This document shows, in pieces, positions 38,028 to 50,701 of a stretch of DNA of 64,000 nt. Origin of the DNA: Tubiluchus corallicola (lineage: Eukaryota; Animalia; Priapulida); contig JAQGDQ010000318.1 of NCBI GenBank assembly GCA_030141605.1, positions 186,001 to 250,000 of the forward strand, given 5' to 3'. Below the pieces are notes generated by a model. The model saw only the letters and a list, made by a program, of their open reading frames with translations, did not search any database and was not told the origin of the DNA. Within the stretch, counting starts at the first letter, position 1. Each line of letters opens with the position of its first letter. The translations under genes were made by a program, and so were the position numbers.

Positions 38028-38450
38028 GGGATGCCCACACTGTATCTCGACACTAGGCGGAGGAGCTGCACAAGCAGGCAACGGCTAGAGGGCGGAGGAG
38101 ATCAAGTGACCCAATGGCCATGTGTAGAGGAGTAAACCATCCAAATCAGGAGTGGAGCCCCGAAGGCGGACCAGTGCAGCATGCTCACTGACTCCGGCAG
38201 CTCCTGCAGCCAACCTGGTGCCAAACGTATCACTCCGCTTTCCTTCGGATTACACCAGCGAGGAAGAGAGGGGGTTCCTGTTGTCTGGGCAACTCAGAAT
38301 CTCCATACACCTTGCCCAGGCTTGCGCCCTGGAGACGTTAAAGGATCGCACTGCTCAGCCACAGTCGACGCTGCAGCTCCATCAATGTGATCAATAACTG
38401 ACTCTCTTGGCGCACACTCCATTGTCTTCCGAGACAGAAGGATGCCAACC
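38028..38450 (+). mobile_element. bipartite non-autonomous RTE element (5' UTR fused to 3' end) with a 12-bp TSD
   Basis: TSD ATTTTTCTACAC at 38016-27 and 38451-62. RTE-like 5' UTR block (ctccatacac..tgcccaggcttgcgccc), ORF-end relic RIALLSHSRRCS, and RTE 3' end ctccattgtcttccgagacagaaggatgccaac. Confidence 0.8.
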
Positions 38451-38814
38451 ATTTTTCTACACAGAGATATACACGTGGTTACACTGACGCACGTGATGTA
38501 AACAAAGTGACCGCCAACTAGCGGTCAGCTCGCGAAACAACGGACTGTTTGTGTCTTTAGTATGCGGGACTTTTAAAGGATCAGATTTTGTCCGATTTTT
38601 CTGATATCCGTAAAAGCGAGGCCCGGGAAACCGAGATATGAGAGCACAGGGTGGAACATAACATTTTCCTAGGGGGTACAGACGCAAGGAGTGATATTGC
38701 AGGGTAGTTATCTATTTTAGTCTGAAAGTTTAGTGTAGAAGGTAAAAAGCCAAGAAATTCCATAGACATGGTGATGTAAAAAGCGCTAAAATACCTGCCG
38801 AATGTTGTGGGTTT

Positions 38815-39475
38815 CCTGGGTTGTGTTTTGTCATGTATTTTAATGTTCATTTTTTCTGCTTAGTTATGTATTTTAATTTTCATTTTGTGTTTAGTTATGT
38901 ATTTAAATGTTTATTTTGTGCTTACTTATGTATTATAATGTTCATTTTGTGTTTACTTATGTATTATAATGTTTATTTTGTGTTTAGTCATGTATTTTAA
39001 CGTTCATTTTTTGTGCTTAGTTATGTATTTTAATGTTCATTTTGTGTTTAGTAATGTATTTTAATGTTCATTTTGTGTTTAGTTATGTGTTTAGATGTTT
39101 ATTTTGTGTGTAGTTATGTATTTAAATGTTTATTTTGTGTTTAGTTATGTATTTAAATGTTTATTTTGTGTTTAGTTATGTATTTTAATGTTTATTTTGT
39201 GTTTAGTTATGTATTTAAATGTTCACTTTGTGTTTAGTTATGTATTTAAATGTTTATTTTGTGCTTACTTATGTATTATAATGGTCATTTTGTGTTTAAT
39301 TATGTATTATAATGTTCATTTTGTGTTTTAGTCATGTATTTTAACGTTCATTTTTTGTGCTTAGTTATGTATTTTAATGTTCATTTTGTGTTTAGTAATG
39401 TATTTTAATGTTCATTTTGTGTTTAGTTATGTGTTTAGATGTTTATTTTGTGTGTAGTTAAATGTTCATTTTGCA
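38815..39475. repeat. 31-bp AT-rich minisatellite, about 21 copies
   Basis: Unit tgtttattttgtgtttagttatgtatttaaa. Confidence 0.92.
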
Positions 39476-39650
39476 TTTTTTTGTTTTTCTTTTTTGCTTA
39501 GGGATTTTTTTTTATTTGTTGTCCTAATTTTTGTGATAAAGAATAACCTTCGTGTAATTGACAGTTAATGCTGCCATTTCATTTTGTGTCAATTAAACAA
39601 TTATTGTCACTGGATCATCGCTGTCGTCATCGTCATGGTCATAGTCTTAC

Positions 39651-39761
39651 CTTTGACTCCAAACTATCATAGTCTAAGTTGTTTTCTCCATCTGAAGATG
39701 CGCATGCGCTCTTGTGACGAGTAGTGGCCTTACATCCAAATGACAGCAACAGTTGCAAACA
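39651..39761 (-). CDS. espn: espin-like gene exon 6 (CLQLLLSFGCKATTRHKSACASSDGENNLDYDSLESK)
   Basis: Acceptor ctttttcactttcag and donor AAG|gtaaga, phase 0->0. Completes the last ankyrin helix (compare espin CCQILVVNGA). Confidence 0.75.
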
Positions 39762-40011
39762 CTGAAAGTGAAAAAGTACAACTAGTAGAAACGATAATAG
39801 CGATGATAATGATGACAACAATGACAACGGCAGCAACATAATGGCGTTGATAACGGTAACGATGTTGAAAACAGTAACATTGGCAAAGGCAACGACAGCT
39901 GCAGTGAATTACCGTCACTGCCAAATTGCAGTTAGGATGACCTTGACCTTTGATAAGTTGTCAGAGTGACCTTGACTTGTGAAAATCGACTTTAAAAAGA
40001 GCAGTTTTTGC

Positions 40012-40652
40012 TTAAAGGATGATTGTGTAAAGATTTCAGAATGAAAAATGCTCAAATTGAAAACTACAATAACTTATTTTAAATCAAAGTTTAGAATAAA
40101 TAATAATTACCTCGTATACTCAAATTTTGTTAAACATTCAAAGCTACACGTGGCTCAGTGAATCTACTAAGATTCGCAATGGCGCCTTTTTGTCGCGAGC
40201 GCGTGGCCGACAAATAAAAGGCGGTACCGTGATAAGCATGATCATGAACTGCAGTGTTAGTTTCTGACGTCATGTGATGTAGAGCCCATTTTCGTGACAT
40301 CATGCATTTAAACAGTAACACTTACGCAAACGTGCTTGACGCACAAGAGAAGATGTCTACCATTGCATAAACTGTGGTAAGTTTCTGACGTCATATGACG
40401 TAGAGCCCATTTCTGTGACAACACGCATTTTTAGGCAGTAACAGTTACGTGCAAGGGAAGATGACTGCCATTGCACAAACTGTGGTTAGTTTCTGACGTA
40501 AGCAATAGCTGTTAATTAACCGTTAATTAAATTTCTAAGCTAATTATTCAAATACCAGAAACAATTGCTAACTTTTATAGGCAAGAAAATGTATATTTTG
40601 TGCAATAAATTAAAATGAGATTAAACATAGACAATCGTCTCGTCTTCCTTAA
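40012..40652 (-). mobile_element. Kolobok-type MITE family B with an internal duplication of about 120 bp
   Basis: Matches 14209-14767; duplicated block at 40258-40500. Confidence 0.8.
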
Positions 40653-41934
40653 TACGTGTAGACCCTTATATAAGCCTGGAAGGTCAAACCGTCTGTGGTG
40701 TGTTAAATTTCTTGAAAAAATAAACGCCATGAGAATTATACACATGTATTTCAGGTTAATTTCTTTAATGGAAGCTTCGGACATAAGCGCTTGTGGTGTA
40801 TTGTGGTGTAAGTTAATGAAAACTCCTTATTAAATTTAGTTATGCATTTTATCCACTAGTCTCTGAGATATGAGGAATTTTCTAAATCGACTACCTCCCT
40901 GTGACCCTGACTTTTGGGGGTGGCACCCTTCGAGCTCCTCGTGACCATGACCTTTGACCCATCATTCACCCTTCAGTGACATTTGCGACAGTGTCCTTAT
41001 GCACACCTTTGCATGAGCAACAACAAAAACTATTCGTGTTCAGGTTTTAGTAGTGATACTACTGCGCTGGTGAGTGATCCCAATTTCCACTTAGCAACGA
41101 AAGTCAAGCACTGTTAAACCTGTTAGTAAATGGACAGTGGACAGACGATTGCCAGAAACATAGCCCTAAGTGCCATAAACATCTGAACGTGGTTAAGAGA
41201 ATTCCAAAGAGTCCCATCGTGCGAAAATATTTCCCATGGGAATTCCCATGGACAAGTCCGTGATCAATACGCAAATGGATTCTCCTCCTCATTGCACATT
41301 ATGTGGGATTATTTTCATCAATGATTTCAAAAAATTATCTACATTTTTACTAAATAGTGAGTTGGTGACCAGCTCACGTGGCGACATCTAGTAAACGAAG
41401 AAAACCTTACCGACCAAGAGTCTCCCATTGATTGTTCTGCAAAAACAATTAAACATCGAAATCAGCTCGAGATTATTTGAACCTAATTCATCTTATGCAT
41501 TCAATTTTAATCACATTTTCTTCAACAATAATCTCAACAGGGCTGAATCCAATCAAGACACATGTGAAACTACGAGAAACCTTCACTTCTGTCACTGTCA
41601 CGCTTCCGAAAATAGCACCACCTTCCACACTTTCCGAAGTCACACTAATCCCAAGATCACCAGTTTTTTGGTATTTTTTCGTTTCAGTCAGCATTAAAGA
41701 AACTTAAACGTGCTGTAATAGCAAAGCTCGTGAAAGCACATCATGAATCACCCAAATCACGAATCCATTTTCAGCTAGGATCGTGTTCTTCAGCTTGCTG
41801 TATTTACATAGAAATTATCCAATTTTGCCAAAACAACTAGGCGGTCTATCGGGGGGTCAGTGATCTCATCAAAGGAGCTGTAATTGTTCCGGCATCGGGG
41901 TTTTGTTTTTGTAAAACACGCGTGGAAGTTGTTA

Positions 41935-42667
41935 ACGATTCCATGGATACTGTTTCCTCCTGGTGACAGACACAGAGAACCATGTAGAGGGCCTTGGAGT
42001 ATTCACCTGTTGGAATTCACAGACTCTGTGCACTGTAAGTTCACTAAAACAGGTAACAAAATTGTTCAAGATTCTAGAGACAATGCTGTCGTCTAGTGTC
42101 AGACACAGAGAAACATGTTGAGGGCCTTGGAGTAATAACTGTAGGAATTCTTAGACTTCGTGGACTGTAAGTTCACTAAAGCAGGTTACAGAATTGTTCA
42201 AAACTCTAGAGACAATGCTGCCGTCTAGTGTCAGACACAGAGAAACATGTTGAGGGCCTTGGAGTAATAACTGTAGGAATTCTCAGACTTCGTGGACTGT
42301 AAGTTCACTAAAGCATATTACAGAATTGTTAACGATTCCAGAGACAATGCTGCCCTCTATTGTCAGACACAGAGAACACATGTGGAGGACCTTGGAGTAA
42401 TCATCATGTAGGAATTTTTAGACTTCGTGGATTGTAAGTTCACTAAAGCAGGTACAAAATTGTTCAAGACTCCAGAGACAATGCTGCCGTCTAGTGTCAG
42501 ACACAGAGAAACATGTGGAGGGCCTTGGAGTAATCATCTGTAGGAATTCTCAAACTCTGTGCACTGTAAGTTCACTAAAGCAGGTTACAGAATTGTTAAC
42601 GACTCCAGAGACAATGCTGCCCTCTACTGGACTCCAGAGACAATATTTCCTCCTAGTGTCAGACACA
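41935..42667. repeat. 132-bp minisatellite, about 5 copies
   Basis: Period 42099->42231->42363. Confidence 0.92.
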
Positions 42668-42750
42668 TTAGCATTACAATGAATGTAATTGCCTATTTAA
42701 TGTATCATTATGACAGTTCCTAATGCTATTCAATATTGACAATTTTACGT

Positions 42751-43362
42751 TTAAAGGAAGACAGGATGATTTTTCAGTTTCAAGTACGATAAAAAGTAAA
42801 CATTTTAACATAATTAATACTGCAAAAGCGTTTCTGATAATTAAATAATAGATTAAATACTTAATTAATAGCGGGCGACCCCAACTATTGATGCGTCACA
42901 AGCGAACATAATTTTCAACATCAAAGATATTGCACGAGCCTGTTGCACGTGTTTGGGAAAGCAAAAATTATAGTACACTGCTACTGTAAGATATTCAGTG
43001 CGCTGTACTAAAACTAAGCAAGTTTTAAGATAACAATTCAAATTTCAAATTCACCGCTGTGCTCACGTATGAGCTGTCGAACGTGGGTAGTTCGTCACTG
43101 ACACATCTGAACTAAGTGGTACAACACTTGTTTTTTGTGCAAGGCGTTTCCGAAATGCAGGCGCTATTGCCCGTCTAACTAGCGAATGGCAAAATGCAAG
43201 TAAAAGAGAAGAAGAATTAGTGACGCGAACGTGAAATTGTGTTTGTGTGGTAATAATTCTTTCACGTGGGTCATTTTCAAAAAAAATTGTGTTTCCTTTC
43301 AATATTTTAACGAGCAGATTGTTTCTACCTACAGTCTAAGATTGGGTCCAGTTTTGATTTAA
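42751..43362 (+). mobile_element. Kolobok-type MITE family A, full length
   Basis: TTAA-AGGAAGACAGG ... CCAGTTTTGAT-TTAA. Confidence 0.85.
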
Positions 43363-43739
43363 GTAATTTGATTTGATCTGAGCCGCGGGACTAACTCGTG
43401 TAACTCTTGTCTGGGTCAGTTTAACCTTCGAGTTATTATATACGCTGATAACATTACAGCACAGAAAGCTTCTATTGTGTGTGCTGTAACAGGTGCTGTA
43501 GTTGCACGTAATCGAATCACTTTTACTGTTGCCTTTGTAAACGATCAGAAATGTAAAAATAACTTCCTCGATTAGATATGAGTGGGTCAGACTGGGGGAG
43601 GGGGAAGGGGTAACTGTATCAGACAAAGAAGGGTTGGTTTAAAGCAACTGTTCATTTTGATTGAGTGCAGGTTGGTAACGAGGATGCTGTGGCCTGTGGG
43701 ACATTTAGTGAAGGAAATAAAAGGGAAGGTGTAAAAGGG

Positions 43740-43861
43740 GAGTGGGGCGAAAGCAAGAAGAGGAACAAGGAAAGAGAAAAATTAGGAAAGAAGAAGAAAA
43801 GAAAAAGAATAAGACAGACAGCTTTGGAGGGAGGGAGCGAGAGTACAAGAAAAAGAGAGTG

Positions 43862-43900
<39 letters not shown>

Positions 43901-44574
43901 TAAGGCAAGTGAGAGAGAGAGAGAGAGCGAGAGAAAGAGAAAGAGCGGAAGAGAGAGAAAGAGCAAGTGAGAGAGAGAGAGAGAGAGAGAGAGAGTGAGA
44001 GAAAAAAGCGAGAGAGCGGGAGAGAGAGTGTGCGAGAGAGTAAGTGAATGAGTGAGAGAGAAAGATACAGAGAGAGAGAGGGAGAGAAAGAGAGTGAAAG
44101 AGAGAGCGAGAGAGAGAGAGAGAGAGAGAAAGAGAGCGGGGGAGAGAGAGCATGAGAGAGAGTGAATGAGTGAGAGAGAAAGATAGAGCGAAAGAGAGAG
44201 AGAGAGAGCGAGTGAGAGAGAGAGAGGAGAGAGTGAATGAGTGAGAGAGAAACAGAGCGAGAGAGAGCGGGAGAGGGTGAGAAAGAGAGTGAATGAGTGA
44301 GAGAGAAAAATAGAGCGAGAGAGAGAAAGAGAGAGAGCGAGTGGCAGAGAGCGAGAGAGAGAGAGAGGAGAGAGTGACAGACAGAGAGAGAGGATAGAGT
44401 GAGAAGGAGAGAAATCATAGAGACCAGGCACCTAAAAAAACAGGAAGAAAGAAAGAAACACAGAAAGAAAAAGAGAGAAAGAAAGTGAGAGAAATAAGAC
44501 AACTAGATAAAAACAGAAAACAGAAAAAAAGAAAGAAAGAAAGAAAGAAAAATAATGTAAGTAAGTACGTAAGT

Positions 44575-44620
<46 letters not shown>

Positions 44621-44830
44621 CAAAGAAACAAAGAAAGAAAGAGAGAGAAAGAGAGAGAGAAAGAAAAAGAATGAAAGAGAGAAAAAAAGAAAGAGGGAAG
44701 GAAATTGCCAGGAAGAAAGAAACAGAGATAGAGAGAAAACGAAAAAGGAATGAAGGATAACAAGGAAATACACACGAAGAAATGAAAGAAGGAAAAAAGG
44801 TGGAGAAAAAGAAAAAAAGACGAGTAAAAA
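43740..44830. repeat. polypurine GA/GAAA low-complexity tract
   Basis: Direct reading. Confidence 0.92.
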
Positions 44831-44870
44831 AACGGAAGAACAAATCAACGAATGTCTGAATGAAAATCAC

Positions 44871-44966
44871 CTTCAAATTTCCATGTTCGGCGGCTCCATG
44901 AAGGGGCGTTAAATTTTCATTGTTTGATTCGCATTTAGCACCTCTCCCCAACAACCACTGCAAGAC
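44871..44966 (-). CDS. espn: espin-like gene exon 5 (VLQWLLGRGAKCESNNENLTPLHGAAEHGNLK)
   Basis: gtag acceptor and gtgatt donor, phase 0->0. Ankyrin TPLHxAA motif; compare espin VLSWLLLHGG..TPLHDAAENGELE. Confidence 0.9.
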
Positions 44967-45399
44967 CTACAAAACACCAAATTTGTACTTAAATCTTACA
45001 TAAATTAGCATAAATTATCATTTAGAAACCTATTAATAATTATTAAAACTTGTAATCCTAAGGTTAAATTACTTTACATTAATTAAGACACTCTGAGATT
45101 TAAAATTACAAATTACATTACTTTAAAACGACTTTACATAACATTAATTAAATTAGGCTGAAGTTTAAATTACATTACATTTAAAATTTAATTTAAAATT
45201 GAAAAAATGCTACCGTTAAATGTACATATAAAAATGTTAAATGTTTTTAAATGTACATTAGTAGCTGTTTGGTCTATTTTATTGAAATGTCGTTATTATT
45301 TATTTTTAATTTTATTAATTTTGTTTTTTTATTCTTTATTTCAGCTCGAAGACGGTACGCTCCATAAGTCATAAAAAGTAATTAATAATAAAGCTATTG

Positions 45400-45805
45400 T
45401 AAAACTACAGACGTAACACATAATACATTGACTGCCCAACCTTGGATGTTAAAGTTATAACTACAGACGTAATACATAATACATTACATAATACATTGAC
45501 TGCCCAACCTTAGATGTTAAAGTGATAACCCCAGACATAACACATAAAACATTGACTGCCCAGCCTTAGATGTTAAAGGGAAAACTACAGACTCAACACA
45601 TAATACATTGACTGCCCAGCCTTAGATGTTAAAGGGAAAACTACAGACTCAACACATAATACATTGACTGCCCAACCTTAGATGTTAAAGTGATAACCCC
45701 AGACATAACACATAAAACATTGACTGCCCAACGTTGCATATTAAAGTGATAACTACAGACATAACACATAATACATTGACTGCCCAACCTTGCATATTAA
45801 AGTGA
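45400..45805. repeat. 56-bp minisatellite, about 7 copies
   Basis: Unit ataatacattgactgcccaaccttagatgttaaagtgataactacagacataacac. Confidence 0.9.
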
Positions 45806-46122
45806 ATTAAAATAAATATATATATATATAAATAAAACTTTTGAAAATTGTATGAATACCTTATCTAAAATGAAAAAAGCCCACTTATGTACTGGATTTG
45901 GATATGGCATTCAAAAATTTTTCAAAAGTATTTTCTTAACTTTTAGCTCAATTTTAATAATAACTTTCAGTGCTACGTTAACACCCAGCATTAAGTGTTT
46001 GTGGTGTGTTAGACCTGAATCACTACGACACAAAGATTTTCATTTATTTAACACTTAAACACATCAGGATTAATTAACTGAAATTTTTTACAAAATTGTC
46101 TTCGCATTTATATCTAATTTTA

Positions 46123-46171
<49 letters not shown>

Positions 46172-46422
46172 CTATTCTGCTGTTTTCCCACTTTTAATGC
46201 TACGAGCGTTTGTTGCACATTAACGTTCAGCATTAAGCGTTTGTGGTGTGTTATTACTGTGCTGTTCTCGCATATCATTCAGCACAGGCAATATTTGCTG
46301 TCTTCCATTCTACTATAACATGAAAATTCCTGGTGTTCAGTTTTCTGTATTTTGTCGCTAAGCTACAGCAAAAATAGCTATCACACTATTTGCAAACTGT
46401 TTACATCAGCTGTGAATCCTAC

Positions 46423-46509
46423 CTGGTAGTGACCTCTAGCGGCGGCATAATACAACGCCGTGTTTCCTCTTTCGTCCTTGTAATCGATGTTTTTGTTACC
46501 TGGCTCCAC
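46423..46509 (-). CDS. espn: espin-like gene exon 4 (VEPGNKNIDYKDERGNTALYYAAARGHYQ)
   Basis: ctgtag acceptor and CAG|gtagg donor, phase 0->0; compare espin QDKDGATAMHFAASRGH. Confidence 0.9.
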
Positions 46510-47549
46510 CTACAGGAAATTAAAGTGAACTATAAAAAAACCAACAAGTGGCTGAAACGCATTAACATCTGAGTAAACGGTCAATAATTAATTAACTCAA
46601 CTAATTAAAGATTAATAGGTAAAGGTTACTAAATAATCTAATAATTCTAATTAATAGATAACGAATCGTCTCTTTTTTTCAAAAAAATGACAGAAGGGAC
46701 GTATCGAACTCAGTGCTCGATAAAAACTCTTTTCCATCCTGTGGAAGTTGTAATTGTATATTTTTTAGGTGCTGCCATCTATGAACTAATCCTTTTACAT
46801 TTTACTAGCTAAACTCACCCCCAGTATAATTATACGGTCCAGTGAATGCATATTCACTGGATCTCTCCCTATTTTACAGTAATGGGTTTTGTGAAGCCAA
46901 GTTTGCATAATCACCTATGCCTATATATACTGACTGGATTTACTTTCTAGTCACTGTCTAACTCTCAATGTTCAGTGCAGGACACTCTCACTCTCATTCA
47001 CAGTGTTCAGTGCAGTAGTCATTATACTCTCATGTGTATGTAGTCTAATAAACACTTTTCAGTTTTGTGCAAATATGCAGTATAGTTTTTTATTCTTGTT
47101 CTACAAAGTGAGTGATCTACAACTTTAAACATGACTTTCACACATCCTACCAGTTGCATCGGTACCTCGTTTAACCGAAACTAACACACTTGCACACTTG
47201 ATGAAGCTGCTGAAAACTCACAGAGCCACCTTTTGGCGAAATAGTGAAATGCCGACATTATAAAACCTTGTTTCTGATCTAACAGCCCCATCACGTAGCC
47301 AACACAGTAACTAATTCATCTTTAATTAAATTTTAAAAAGTTAATTAATTTCATTAATCACCAGCTCATTTTCTAACAGAATTAATTAGAATTTCATAAT
47401 TATTAAATTAACTTAAATTAAAGCTATACGAAATATACACTTCGAAACGTTACTAAACATTTTTTTAAATTATTATTGATAATTGCGATGTACATAAACG
47501 ATTCCAATTATCAGTTAATGATGTTTACACCAGGTCGTCTTTTGAAATG

Positions 47550-47960
47550 CGGAAGTTGGTGCTTTGACTGGTGGACCTTTGTCTGTGATCAGCGTTTGAC
47601 CGGTGATCCTTTAACCGATGGACCCTTTAACTAGTGGAACTTTGACCGAGGATACTTTGACTTGTGATCCTTTAACCGTTGGAACTTTGTCTGTTGATTT
47701 TTTAGCTGGGGTTGCTGTGACAGGTGGACCTTTGTCTGTGATGAGCATTTCACTGGTAGACCTTTTTTGACTGTATGTCTTTTGACCAGAGGCCCTTTAA
47801 CCGGTGGACCTTTGATTAGCAGTCCTTTGACCAGAGGTCCTTAAACCGGTGGAACTTTAACTAGGGGTCCTTTAATTTGCAATGCTTTGACAGGTGAGCC
47901 TATGTCTGGTGGTTCCTTTGACTGGGACTGCTTTGACGGGTGGCACTTTGTCTGGCAGTT
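47550..47960. repeat. degenerate 15-bp minisatellite (CCTTTGACCGGTGGA-like)
   Basis: Periodic ctttgac/ctttaac/ctttgtc. Confidence 0.75.
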
Positions 47961-48564
47961 TTTTCACCACCTACCTACATCCGCCATGATGAACTTCGGA
48001 ACACCCCGTTGTCCTGTACTATTCGACAATCTGTACACTCGATGGTGGGACTTTAAAACAGAACTTAATTTTCCCATCACCTATTTGCTCGCTGACCAGC
48101 CTCGGCGCTGCTTAACTCACACATCTTCAATTTCATTTCTTTTCGCTTAGCCTACCCCGTATCGCCAGGCTGCGTTTTTCTCAAACGTTGAAACTAATCA
48201 ACACACAACACACCTGTTGAACTCACCTGTTCACACCTGACCACTGCTGCCGATGTTTGCTGAGTGTTTTACCTGAGAATTACAGCTACAGGTAAGCACG
48301 CAGGTAAACCCAACTCAATAGCCTCAACAAATCCATTACCTGCCGTTTGGGACAACGGTATGTACCAAAAGTAATTATAACTGTCATTTCTACAGTTATT
48401 TGCCTTGGTTATACCGGGTGGCGCAAAAAAGTGTCGCTTGCAGAGTCGAAGAAGATTGCAAGAGTCGCTTGAAAATGATGTTACACGCGTTTATGACTAA
48501 GCATCAAAATTTTCCTTAGATTATAAGAATTATTTACTTTTGAGAACTTTTGCCTGTTTCTGTT

Positions 48565-49078
48565 TTAAAAGAACACAGGATGTTTTTCCATACACTACCC
48601 CAGTTTCAAGTACGAAAAAAGTATACATTTTAACAAAATTAATACTGCAAAAGCGTTTCTGATAATTAAATTACAGATCAAAATCCTAATTAACATCAGG
48701 CGAGCCCAACTGTTGATGACATCACAAACTAGCATAATTTTCAACAGCGAAAATATTCCATTCACGTGTTGCACGTGTTCGCGAAAGCGAAAACTGAAGT
48801 ACAGTACTACTGTAAGGTATTCAGTGCGTTGTACTAAAACTAGGCATGTTTTAAGACAAAACTTCAAATTCACGCATGAGCTGTAGAACGTGTGCAGTTC
48901 GTCACAAACTAACACAATTGAACTGAGAAGTACAGCACTTGTTTTTTGTGCAACACGTTTTCGAAATGCAGGCGCTAGTGCCCATCTAACTAGCAAATGT
49001 TAACATGTTTCGTTTCAATATTTTAAAAAGCGGGTTGTGTTCACCTACAGTTTAGGGTTGTGTCCGGTTTTCCTTTAG
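48565..49078 (+). mobile_element. Kolobok-type MITE family A with an internal deletion
   Basis: TTAA-AAGAACACAGG ... CCGGTTTTCCT-TTAG. Confidence 0.82.
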
Positions 49079-49299
49079 CTGTCAACAAGTCCAAAGCAAT
49101 ATGTCAGCGCATAAGCAAAATAGGGAATTACCTATTAAACACACCATTCAAGTTTAAAAGGATAAAAAACGTGATTTCAACGTACATTTTGTCCCAAGAA
49201 CTTTCTATGCAAGGTGACTCGCTCAGATTCTATCACTCGCCCGGATGTCTGGATTCAGTTGCTATATTGCCAGAAAAACTACCGTTATTTGTCTAAACT

Positions 49300-50177
49300 G
49301 CCAAAACCTATGTTGTCATTGTATAGATTGGCATTGCCCAAAGCCTTTTGCCTAGACTGCCAATTGTTTCGACTACCTAGATTGTCATTAGTTAAAGTCA
49401 TTTGCCTAAATTGACATTTGACTAGATTGTCATTGCCTAGACTGCCATTGCTTAAAGTCTTTTACCTAAATTGACATTTGACTAGATTGTCATTGGCTAA
49501 AGTCTTTTAGCTAAATTGACATTTGCATTTGACTAGATTGTTATTGGCTAAAGTTTTTTGCCTAAGTTGACATTTGACTAGATTGCCATTGGCTAAAGTC
49601 TTTTGCCTAAATTGACATTTGACTAGATTGTTATTGGTTAAAGTCTTTTGCCTAAATTGACATTTGACTAAATTATCACTGGCTAAAGTTTTTTTGCCTA
49701 AGTTGACATTTGACTAGATTGTCATTGGCTAAAGTCTTTTGCCTAAATTGACATTTGACTAGATTGTCATTGGCTAAAGTCTTTTGCCTAAATTGACATT
49801 TGACTAGATTGTTATTGGCTAGAATTATTTGCCTAGACTGCTATTGCCTAGATTGTCATTTACCTAGACTGCCATCGCCTAGATTGTCATTTACCTAGTT
49901 TGTCGTTTACCTAGACTACCATTGCCTAGATTGCCATTTGTCTAGACTGACATTGCCTAGATTGCCATTTGTCTAGACTGCCATTGAATAGATTGCCATT
50001 TGTCTAAACTGCCATTGCCTAGATTGTCATTTACCTAGACTGCCATTGCCTAGATTGCCATTTGTCTAGACTGCCATTGCCTAGACTGCCAATGCCTAGA
50101 TTGTCATTTACCTAGACTGCCATTGCCTAGATTGCCATTTGTCTAGACTGCCATTGCCAAGTTTGTCATTTGCCTAC
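49300..50177. repeat. 15/16-bp-based minisatellite with 45-bp and 31-bp higher-order blocks
   Basis: aaagtcttttgcctaaattgacatttgactagattgtcattggct (45), then gcctagattgccatttgtctagactgccatt (31). Confidence 0.9.
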
Positions 50178-50265
50178 AGAATTTGTCTAGATTATTTGTT
50201 CATGTCCATTTGTGGGCGCGAACGGATGACCAAACAGATCTCGGATACTAAAAATACTAACTCAC

Positions 50266-50449
50266 CAAACAAGGTAGACAATCATCGTGACCCATGAGTG
50301 CTGCTGCATGCAAGGGAGTCATCCCATCCTCGGCAGAAATATTTCCGACTCCACCCCTAGACATGAGAATGGTCAAGCAATCCAGATGACCACCCTGGGC
50401 TGCTAGATATAATGCCGTACAGCCGTTGTCCATAGTTTCATTGACTGAC
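50266..50449 (-). CDS. espn: espin-like gene exon 3 (SVNETMDNGCTALYLAAQGGHLDCL...[22 protein letters not shown])
   Basis: tttag acceptor and TTG|gtgag donor, phase 2->0; compare espin [35 protein letters not shown]. Confidence 0.93.
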
Positions 50450-50701
50450 CTAAAGTGAGAGAATATTCGAATATTTTGGATTGTGATCGAGCCCAGTTGA
50501 CCAGCCGGTTGGGGTTGGATTGTTAGTTGGTTGGTCGGTTGGTTGTTCGGTTGGCTTACTGCTTCGTTGGATGGTTGGCTGGATGGATGGTCGTTCGTTG
50601 GTTGAGTTGGTTAAATATCTGGGTAGGCTGGTTAGCTAACTGACCAATTATCTATTAATTACCATAACAGATATACACTAATTAAAAAACAAATATTTTT
50701 C

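Noticed and set aside
38290-38345. Twister ribozyme on the minus strand (UAA..CCAGG-GCGCAAG-CCUGG)
   Set aside because: I could not build P1/P2 and both pseudoknots, and it is antisense to the element. It needs a covariance-model search.
38385-38456. Phase-0 exon KNGWHPSVSEDNGVCAKRVSY* as the espin-like terminal exon
   Set aside because: It is the antisense 3' end of the RTE element plus its TSD; exonisation cannot be excluded.
43652-44860. Long Leu/Ser/Phe ORFs (also at 22501-23165, 36641-36930 and 54018-56690)
   Set aside because: Stop-free simple repeats; only 44871-44966 is a real exon.
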